From a virus: a stretch of 64,000 nt of DNA. The notes beneath the pieces are model-generated. The model made no database searches, was not told the origin of the DNA, and was given only the letters and a program-made list of their open reading frames with translations. The stretch lies in the IMG/VR virus record IMGVR_UViG_3300025018_000100. The stretch is one strand, 5' to 3'. Both the position numbers and the translations under genes were made by a program. Numbering within the stretch: the first letter of the stretch is position 1; each line of letters begins with the position of its first letter. Below are positions 56,185-64,000 of the stretch, piece after piece.

Positions 56185-56496
56185 TTAATCCCAGTACCAC
56201 GCGAAACCGGAATATTTTTTCTCATAATTAATGAAATCAAAGTACTCTAAATCATACTCTTTTTTAATATTATTAATCTGTTCACGGTTGTCTTGACGAC
56301 GTTTTCGATCAGCTTGATGTTTCCAATTATGGGTGTGTCTTTTTCCATAACAAGAAAAGTCTCCATGATATTTCCAACTAGGAATTTTTGGATATTTTAT
56401 CATTTCATCAGAGAAAATGCTGGTAGCTTTAAGGCTACAGTATCCATAGTTAACCCAGTCGGGATTAAATTTATTTCTTCTATATGTTCTGCTCAT
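56185..56496 (-). CDS. Hypothetical basic phage protein
   Basis: MSRTYRR start, AGGAG RBS. Confidence 0.7.
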   Translation of the reverse strand: MSRTYRRNKFNPDWVNYGYCSLKATSIFSDEMIKYPKIPSWKYHGDFSCYGKRHTHNWKHQADRKRRQDNREQINNIKKEYDLEYFDFINYEKKYSGFAWYWD

Positions 56497-56722
56497 TTGT
56501 ATCTCCTAAGTAATTAGCTTAGAAAATACTCATTCCTTCATAAAACATTAAGATGCTCCTAATATAATTGGTACGAGAACAATTGCAAGTATTAATAGTG
56601 TTCCTATTGCTACGTATATTTCATACTTTATTTCGTCTGATAATCTTGCCCACTTTTTAATCACTTTTTAGTCCACCTTTAGAAAATGTTGGAGCAGGTT
56701 CATACTACTACTCCTTAGTATT

Positions 56723-57571
56723 TAAAAGGTTGAGATTACACCTTTTAGTGAGTTCCTCTTCAAACCGTACCCAAACTACTGCGATATAGTTGGTTAATTT
56801 GACATCCACAGGAAGTATTCCTGTAAGGCCCAAAGCCGCCTTTTAAAGAGTGGCATTTCTCTTAACACGTTATACTACTCATCGAGTCTATTGTCCGTCT
56901 GCTTCGCGAGCAGTTCAATTCCGCTAAGAATTTACGAAGTCTTCCTCGATAACACTCTTAACTTTGCGAGTTTTGAGTGCCCTCATTCTATACAGTGAGG
57001 GATTAGGCTTTTTTCGTACAACGCTGAAGTAGACTTTTGCGTTTTTAATTGGATAACAGGAGTCGAACCTGTGACTTTCTGTGTTGTAAACAGACGCTCT
57101 ACCTACTGAGCTATATCGCTAAAATCTACCGAGATGTGCTACTTCTTTGCTGCTTCGTATATTGTTAGATACGAAATACAACACACCTCCTGTTTTTCGG
57201 CTTGCGGCCTAATTAACCGTTTTTTCGGACAACGTCTCACTACAATAGCGTGAGCCATTCTCGTTAAAACTGCAACCCGCCCTTATGCGCTAACATTCGG
57301 ACTATTTGTTGCTATCCATCAGCTATACATAATAAGCAAGGTTGCGTATTAGATGAGAAGCTGCTACACACCTCTTAGTCCTCAGCGTTGCCCTGGACCT
57401 ATTCTCTTACGAGAACCTAATCTTGCCGTCTTACTTACCACCTAAATCAATAGATGGCCCCTCGCGGGGAAGCCTGGACTTTTATGGTGGGACCATTTCT
57501 GGCGAAAGTTAGTAGAATATACTTTCTTTAGACTACTTACGTAGTTTACCCCATACGACGCCATACCGCCA
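56723..57571 (-). ncRNA. GOLLD-like large ncRNA (~850 nt)
   Basis: ORF-free; 5' GGCGGTA...GTCGT...TAAACTACGTAAGTAG, internal GAGTAGTATAA, 3' AAGGTGTAATCTCAACCTT, matching GOLLD features as I recall them; phage tRNA-cluster context. Confidence 0.65.
57050..57119 (-). tRNA. Degenerate tRNA (Val-like) embedded in the GOLLD-like RNA
   Basis: TAGCTCAGTAGGTAGAGC D-arm and ACAGGTTCGACTCCTGT T-arm; aberrant anticodon loop and acceptor stem. Confidence 0.55.
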
Positions 57572-57909
57572 TTTTTTTAAATAATAGTTTTTATTTTGTA
57601 ATTAAACCCATTTTGGGCCTCGTTTTCTATATTAAAATATAGAAATTTGAATTAGGGAGAGGAAAGCCTCAACGTAGTGGGCTAAAAACGGAAGCTCTCA
57701 ACTCTATCCCTAAACTTGTAAGCAGAGATTTATATCTGCATGAATTAGTATAAGAGGTAAGTATTTAGGGACCGCCTCTTCTCGGTCTAAATTATAATAA
57801 ATGTGTATCGTAACTGTTTTTTATTATAAAGTAAGCAGAGTAAAGTCAATAATAGTTTATACTAAATCCGAAGTAACTACTATTTACGCAACTGCTATTA
57901 TTAATATTT

Positions 57910-58180
57910 CTTTTACCAAGCACTGGCCCCCAACACTCGCCGTACCTGCGAACACTCCACTTAACCACTGGTCGAAGCCAAGATAATGTGTCCTTTCCTT
58001 GTCAGTCTTTATTAGGCATTGACTTCCTTAATTAGGGGGTATTCATATCTACACTTATGAATACCTGTATCTTTCGCGGTGTAGTGCGCTTGAAATCTTG
58101 TTCAAGTCAAAGATAAGAGCGAAAAGCGATAAAAACTTATCTTTTACGTTTTTGGTCCGAAAACCTCACTCGCTTTTTTT
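57910..58180 (-). ncRNA. Unassigned structured RNA candidate
   Basis: Directly downstream of promoter 58191-58219; ORF-free on the minus strand; multiple stems. Confidence 0.4.
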
Positions 58181-59069
58181 ATTATTTCTAATTTTAACAA
58201 ACTTTTAAGTAACAAGCAAGTTAGAAGTTAAATTTTTTAATTACTAAAACATTCAGGATAGAACTCGTTTAAACTTTCAGAGTACCAATCCCAGTTATCA
58301 ACTCCACCCTTTTCTAGAGCTTCGAGCATCTTAGATGCATGAATTAGCCGGTCATACTCAGTTTTTGAAATAGTTACTGTTTCTTCGAGGCCCATATTAA
58401 TCTCTTCATCATTTTATAATTATAACAATAAATTAAGTAACAAGCAAGAATTAATTTAAATTTTTATAAGTCTCTTAATCCACATACGATAGGCTCTAGC
58501 CATAACAAAACCATTACGTTGTGTAATAAATTCTTCGTTTGTTTCTGTACCTTTTATTATTTTAAGGATTTGCTTGCCAGGTAGTGGATGCAAATGTATT
58601 ACTTGGGTTATTTATAATTACAAAGGATAGTATTAATAATACTAATAGTGTTCGCATAGTACTTCCTTTATTAAATATCTGCATTCTCTATCGTCATAGA
58701 GCGATACCTTGTTAATTCAAGGACCATAGTATGCTTCATTGAGAGGCAAGGGCAGATTTGTTTATGTTTTAGATTTTACATCTTCTTCAAGAGTATGCAT
58801 TCTTGTATAGAAATCAATAGGATTAACTATTTTAAAAACATAACATCCATCTTCTTGGACTTTTTCTAATGTTAATTCAGTAACTCCTACAAGAATTGTA
58901 TCGCCCACTTTAACTTCCGACATTTATTTACCCTTTCATATGTTTAACTCACTATAGTCTCGAAGTGATATTATTTAGATCAACACTCAAAGTATATCTT
59001 TCCAAATGATCAATACAACGATAAAATTACAAACTTTAAGATATCGGTAATAACTATAGTAAGTTAAAT

Positions 59070-59146
59070 TGGTTGCGGAAGTAGGATTTGAACCTACGTC
59101 CTTTAGCTTATGAGGCTAACGAGCTACCTGACTGCTCCATTCCGCG
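59070..59146 (-). tRNA. tRNA-Met(CAU), initiator-type acceptor
   Basis: CGCGGAATGGAGCAG...GGTAGCTCG...CTCATAA...GGTTCAAATCC...CCGCAACCA; C1:A72 mismatch. Confidence 0.88.
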
Positions 59147-59305
59147 TTAATTATAACTAGTTGGTAAGCGCATTACCTTGCCTGCTATACTAGTAAATAG
59201 CGCCTTCGGTTCCATGCGATATATAATTATAAGGCAGTATAACTATATACCCGAAGCGTAGTAAATCACTTACAAAACTCTGCCAAGTTTTCACGTAAGA
59301 TTTTT

Positions 59306-59614
59306 TTAGATACGGCTCACGATTTCTGAGAGTTTTACTAATTTTACTCTATCTGGATATTTTTTAAAAAGAGCGTCCCATATAGGAGAAATATTCATTC
59401 TCATTATTTCAGAATTTTTATTAAGACAATATATAGAACCTGAATAACCTTCAACATAATAATAATCATTGTTTTCGGTAATTTTTTTAATACCAGAATT
59501 AACTCTCCAACTATTCCCATAAAGATACCCACCAGACCAGCCAGCTAGTATTTTATAGACTACTACATCATCTTCTTTAACCGAAAAGACAACCCAGTTA
59601 TCTGGTGTTTCCAT
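59306..59614 (-). CDS. Hypothetical phage protein
   Basis: PDNWV...YKILAGWSGGYL.G.SWR.NSGI...G.SGS.Y motif. Confidence 0.8.
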   Translation of the reverse strand: METPDNWVVFSVKEDDVVVYKILAGWSGGYLYGNSWRVNSGIKKITENNDYYYVEGYSGSIYCLNKNSEIMRMNISPIWDALFKKYPDRVKLVKLSEIVSRI

Positions 59615-59967
59615 TTTTTAAGCCCTTTAACGTAGTTAAAAAATATTTGATAGAACGATTAGAATTTCTAGAATGCCATAGACACTAATCTTGTTCCCTG
59701 CAAGCTTTCTCTATAACACCAATACGGTGCGTCACCTTAGCTTATAAGTTTATACCTTTGGGAGTCACTAAGGTTATCGTATTCTAAAGATTGCCGTTAA
59801 GCAACCTTAGTTAAAAAATTGATACTAGGCCGACGATCCATTAGTATCATTATTCAAGTTAGTCAACCATTTAACTCTCCACCGAGAGCACTTATCAAAA
59901 GCTGGTTCTTGAGCCTATTATAGCATTGTATTAGACATATCTGCCCATTCCGGTTTGCTATTATATA

Positions 59968-60135
59968 TTTTTTTATTAAACAAGTCATCCCCACATAGCT
60001 GGCCAGTTATGTTGTTTCCCAAACTGTCTTAGGGTGTGGCGTATATCGCGACCCGACAAACCACTGCTAAGTTAATAAGTCATATTTAATCGGTCTTTCT
60101 TAATACAGGGCAGGATGACTTGTTTAATAAAAAAA
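59968..60135. repeat. 23-bp perfect inverted repeat enclosing ~120 bp
   Basis: TTTTTTTATTAAACAAGTCATCC ... GGATGACTTGTTTAATAAAAAAA. Confidence 0.9.
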
Positions 60136-60674
60136 TGCTAGTATAAGGGCAAAACAACTAGCCTGAAGCATTGTCCCTTTGATTAAAAGGGAGCCTTTTA
60201 TAAGCCAACGGGGGAGGGACCTCATTTTCATCCACACGCTAAATCCTGAAGGGTATAAAATCTCGGTCTCTTTTAACCCGCTTCTTTTAGTTTACGCACT
60301 TCTGTCGCAAACCCGAAAAAAATAGAGCTGAGCGGTACTAAACCCAATCAAGTTCTCTCCAGAACACTCCTACAACATCAGCCCCAGTCACCCGCTATGT
60401 TGCTTCTCCTTCGCTCCAACCGCCGGAAATTTTGGCTCCCAGAATATGACTCGAAGGCTTACCTATCTTCATCCTCTACAATCGAACCCCGCAGGAATAA
60501 GTCATAGAGAATATTAGGACAAAAAATAACGCGACTAAAATCCTTCTTTTTCAAAAATCTTTTTATCACGTTTTCTTATTATTTTATGATTATACCAAAC
60601 TTTTGAGTAAGAAGCAAACATAAAGTTAAAGTTTTTTATATTCACTAATTACAAACGGCTTATGTAATTTTATA

Positions 60675-60743
60675 TGGTGTTCAGAATAGGGTATGAACCT
60701 ATGCTTCGAGTTGCTCCGTGTACTACTTTTATACGATCCGAAC
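60675..60743 (-). tRNA. tRNA-like RNA with truncated anticodon arm
   Basis: GTTCGGA/TCTGAAC acceptor plus ACCA, ATAGGTTCATACCCTAT T-arm; only a 3-nt loop at the anticodon position. Confidence 0.55.
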
Positions 60744-60750
60744 ATAAACT

Positions 60751-60827
60751 TGGTGGAATGAGTAGGGATTACACCTACGACCTCTTTGTTTAACCAAAGC
60801 GCTCTCTTATTGCTGAGCTACCATACC
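60751..60827 (-). tRNA. Degenerate tRNA-like RNA
   Basis: TAGCTCAG D-arm, CTTTG-GTTAAA-CAAAG (6-nt loop), TGTAATC T-loop, CCA end. Confidence 0.55.
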
Positions 60828-61061
60828 AAAAAATCGTGAAAAACGAGGCTGTGGAGTGCCTACCACCATTGCTACAGTTGACTCTTATGAGGTTGGTGTA
60901 GCCCGTTCTTCAATCTTTATATATTATATCAAACTTTCCACATCGAAGCAAAAAAAAAAAAGAATAAGTAGTTGATGTTTCCTAGCGAGACATTAAAAAA
61001 TGATTGGCCTAAAAACTTTTAATCGGACTGAGCACCGTCAACTACAGTTTGTTTGCAAAAT

Positions 61062-61137
61062 TGGTGTTTCAGGTGGGACTTTAACCCACACGCGAAACGC
61101 TTTAGAGGCGCCTGCTCTAATATTGAGCTACTGAAAC
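61062..61137 (-). tRNA. tRNA with CUA anticodon (amber suppressor)
   Basis: Perfect GTTTCAG/CTGAAAC acceptor plus ACCA; GGCGC-CTCTAAA-GCGTT anticodon arm; own promoter at 61169-61197. Confidence 0.7.
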
Positions 61138-61464
61138 AAAATGATCGTCTTTATTACTATCTTTATATATTATATCAAACTTTTAAGTAAGTAGCAATAA
61201 TAAAGTTAAAGTTTTTCTCTTTTCCCGTTAATAATACTTACAATAGAAGCACTATGAAAATTATTTTCTTCTGCCCATTCTTCAGCATCTTTAAGAGATG
61301 ATGTTTCATAAGCAATATAATCTGTTAACGCTTCGTCACCATAGTCATCAATAACTGCGTATCTTTTAATTAACTTATTTCTCATAGCTTCTTTTTTCTT
61401 TATTATTTTATAATTATAACAGAGAGAAGAGCAACCAGCAAGAATAAAATTATTTTAAATTACT

Positions 61465-61734
61465 CTATTGCTCTCTATTATTTAGAATAAACACGTTTTT
61501 CAGTGTAACTTCTGGAGTAATACTATTTTCATTAATAAAAAACTCAAATTCACCTGTAATATGGTTAATACTGACACTATTCCAGATATCTTCCTTTTGC
61601 ATACAATCAGGGAATGCATTAATAAAGTCACTAGAAGGTACAAAATCAGTAAAAACTAGTATACTATCAAATTCGTCATACCCACTAGAGTAACCGATAC
61701 ATATACCATAAATATTAACTGGAACCTGTTTCAT
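61465..61734 (-). CDS. Hypothetical protein
   Basis: Coupled ORF. Confidence 0.6.
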   Translation of the reverse strand: MKQVPVNIYGICIGYSSGYDEFDSILVFTDFVPSSDFINAFPDCMQKEDIWNSVSINHITGEFEFFINENSITPEVTLKNVFILNNREQ

Positions 61735-62020
61735 TTGCTTTCCTAATTTTTTCTAGAGTTTCTTTTTTGGCCTTTAAACATTTTTCAGCATATAGATAGG
61801 CATCTGATGGATTTAATTTACTTAATCTACCTGAAATATAAGCATTTGCAGCTCTTTCAAGAGCGCATTCCTTTGTCCAGTCCCGATCATATTCTAACAT
61901 AGTTAATGCGCGAGCACATCTATTTAAATATTTTTCATACTCTTTAGGTATATCTTCTTCAATATCTACTAGAACATGATTTCTAAGTAGAGTAATTCTA
62001 TTATAGTCTGAAATAGTCAT
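61715..62020 (-). CDS. Hypothetical protein
   Basis: GGAG RBS; coupled. Confidence 0.65.
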   Translation of the reverse strand: MTISDYNRITLLRNHVLVDIEEDIPKEYEKYLNRCARALTMLEYDRDWTKECALERAANAYISGRLSKLNPSDAYLYAEKCLKAKKETLEKIRKANETGSS

Positions 62021-62296
62021 TTAATCTTCTCCCGCAGCACAAGGTAAACAGAGTTGACAAAAATCATCTAGTTCTGCTTTTTCTACTTGATCAAAAGGAT
62101 GCCCGCAAGCATCACAAATAAAATAATCATTTTCATAGGTAGTTATAAAATCATGCCAATTAAGAATATCAAAACTTTGTATACCATAAGGTAATCCAGC
62201 TTTTTCACCTAAATATTCTAAACAATCGTCAGGAGAAAACAGACTTCCACCCATGTCTAATAAAATATCTATTTGTTCGTCTGTTAGTTTAATCAT
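62021..62296 (-). CDS. Zn-finger-like hypothetical protein
   Basis: CDACG...CQLC. Confidence 0.65.
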   Translation of the reverse strand: MIKLTDEQIDILLDMGGSLFSPDDCLEYLGEKAGLPYGIQSFDILNWHDFITTYENDYFICDACGHPFDQVEKAELDDFCQLCLPCAAGED

Positions 62297-62300
62297 TAAT

Positions 62301-62618
62301 TTATTCCTTTACAAGTCGAACTTTATAATCCAGCCAAAACTCGCATTCGTACTCGAAATCTTCTCTAGATAATTTTCCATTCCCACTACAAGAAGGACAG
62401 TTTTCTAAATCATCCTCTTCTTCACTTGAGGGATCATATCCAGTTCCATCATAAGGAAGTCCGTGTAACCCACCATAGCTTTCAATCTCATCAATACCTA
62501 TATTAAAGACTTCACGACAAGCCTCGTCCTCAGTTTCGGCATATACGAGATTAGCTTCATCCCATTCTTCCTGAGAACAGTTTCCCCAAATGTTAAGTTT
62601 ATATTCCCACTTTTTCAC
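62301..62618 (-). CDS. Acidic hypothetical protein
   Basis: GGAG RBS, GTG start; CPSCSGNG. Confidence 0.65.
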   Translation of the reverse strand: MKKWEYKLNIWGNCSQEEWDEANLVYAETEDEACREVFNIGIDEIESYGGLHGLPYDGTGYDPSSEEEDDLENCPSCSGNGKLSREDFEYECEFWLDYKVRLVKE

Positions 62619-62684
62619 TTATTTTCTCCATTTCTTTATTATTATGTATTATAACTTAGAAAATAGTAGAAAGCAATAATAAAA

Positions 62685-63164
62685 TTAAAGCAACCCGTTA
62701 TCAAACTTATTAATTGAATTGAATCCTTCTACTAATTTAGGGGGTTCGTAATTTTTCTTTATACTATTAATAGCTATCCAAGGAACTTTTTTGTCACGCA
62801 TAGCTACTCGACGTTTGTACTCATTCCAGTTACTCCAAGGAAACACAATTACGTCTTTAGTATAAGTACGAAACATTTCTGCATTCTTAGCCCTACTTTT
62901 AACATTAATATTTGTCATATCGATAATTACATTAAAACCTTTATTAAAGGCGAACTTACTATGACAAATTAATGCTTTGTTTGCTTCCTTTTTATAAAGA
63001 TCAAAAGCTTTTAAATAGGAAATATTATTAACTTTAGCCATATTTTCTAAATAACTATCAAAACTAATACGTAAATATTCTGGGTTATTTTTTAGAAATT
63101 CGTCACACCAGGTACTTTTACCGACACAAGGAATCCCTACTAAAATAATGCAATGTTTTTTCAT
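62685..63164 (-). CDS. P-loop kinase (AAA_33 / polynucleotide kinase-like)
   Basis: GIPCVGKSTW, IIDMTN..K.R, PP...EGF. Confidence 0.8.
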   Translation of the reverse strand: MKKHCIILVGIPCVGKSTWCDEFLKNNPEYLRISFDSYLENMAKVNNISYLKAFDLYKKEANKALICHSKFAFNKGFNVIIDMTNINVKSRAKNAEMFRTYTKDVIVFPWSNWNEYKRRVAMRDKKVPWIAINSIKKNYEPPKLVEGFNSINKFDNGLL

Positions 63165-63472
63165 TATTTAGCGTGCTTTCTAATATCCTGTATATTTTTA
63201 TCTGATAGTCCAAAATATAAAGGATTCCTATTACCTATACAGTGTTCTAATTGTTCTTTTAACTCACCCATAAACTTAATATCGTCCCATTTAGTATCAT
63301 GAGCAGGTTTAGTAGTAAATTTAGTTACCCTGGTCGGTAATCCATTAATGTCAGAGAATACCCAGTATTCCCCCCCATTAGCTTTTAATTGCTTATGACT
63401 AAACCAACCATATTTACGGTTAGAAGGTTCCTCTTTTTTAGTTTTAAAATAGTTGAATAATTTATTTAACAA
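63164..63472 (-). CDS. Hypothetical protein
   Basis: Coupled ORF. Confidence 0.55.
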   Translation of the reverse strand: MLNKLFNYFKTKKEEPSNRKYGWFSHKQLKANGGEYWVFSDINGLPTRVTKFTTKPAHDTKWDDIKFMGELKEQLEHCIGNRNPLYFGLSDKNIQDIRKHAK

Positions 63473-63570
63473 GTAGTATTATCCCTAGTATAATTATTGA
63501 AATAATGCCGCCATAAAGCAGTATATCTAATCCTGAACCTATAGGTATTGCGTGTCGTAATATTGCATAA

Positions 63571-63933
63571 TTAATTATTATCTCCATAGCTTTCAGCTAC
63601 CTCACGGTCCAATAAAGTAACTGAATACTCTAAAGGAACCTCGATAAAGATATGCACGTCAGCTTCCTCCGGAAGCACGTCTCTAGCATATTCATATCGA
63701 GTGAATACATCATACTCATCTTCATCACCATGAACGATAAGCATATCTTCGTCAATACCACCATAGTATTTAATCTCACTAGTATCATACCAACGATATA
63801 ATTGGCATTTACCCGCTTCTTTAGCGTAAGATAGACGATAACGCAAATAGACCTCTGCGTCATCTAGATCATTAAAAGGTAGATAAGCATCCTCTACTTT
63901 ATCATATATTAAAAAATTATTCATCGTTGTCAT
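63571..63933 (-). CDS. Hypothetical acidic protein
   Basis: 120 aa ORF. Confidence 0.65.
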   Translation of the reverse strand: MTTMNNFLIYDKVEDAYLPFNDLDDAEVYLRYRLSYAKEAGKCQLYRWYDTSEIKYYGGIDEDMLIVHGDEDEYDVFTRYEYARDVLPEEADVHIFIEVPLEYSVTLLDREVAESYGDNN

Positions 63934-64000
63934 CTTTTCTAGTTATTAGATACGTAATACCTAAAGCGCTAACAGCAACAAAAGCTACCATTCCAGCGAT

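Noticed and set aside
1-64000. Genome-wide TAG recoding
   Set aside because: Structural genes are uninterrupted under the standard code and several genes end in TAG

Overview
This window looks like part of an AT-rich, T5-like (Demerecviridae-type architecture) tailed phage genome. The host is probably an alphaproteobacterium, inferred from LexA- and Fur-type motifs. (1) 1-24.3 kb, minus strand: late module with tape measure, frameshifted tail chaperones, major tail protein, tail terminator/completion and head completion proteins. It continues with a single ORF fusing prohead protease, a linker and the major capsid protein (two internal RBS+ATG starts), portal, HNH, glycosyltransferase, TerL, two holin-like genes, PhoH, a GC-rich fibre/receptor-binding gene, TerS and a second tail terminator. 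(2) 24.5-29 kb: small plus-strand ORFs. (3) ~29.2-49 kb: probable terminal repeat / pre-early (first-injected) DNA. It opens with an ORF-free block of packed host-regulator-like sites (alphaproteobacterial LexA boxes, an inverted pair of sigma54 sites, a CsoR-type operator) and a 5x tandem Fur-box-like array. Next comes a 15.4-kb array in which 22 copies of a ~55-75 bp element (IHF-like site - ACCCGCC-GTA-GGCGGGT hairpin - inverted IHF-like site) separate promoter-gene-terminator cassettes. Cargo includes two T7 gp0.7-like kinases, A2-like proteins, dmp, a DEDD exonuclease, HNH, tRNAs and probable sRNAs. The region ends in a repeat/hairpin-rich injection-stop-like stretch. (4) 49-64 kb, minus strand: small early ORFs and a dense ncRNA cluster with a GOLLD-like RNA containing an embedded tRNA-like element, other unassigned structured RNAs, an atypical initiator-type tRNA, degenerate tRNA-like genes and a CUA-anticodon (amber suppressor) tRNA. 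All assignments were made by eye and from recalled family motifs; no searches were run.
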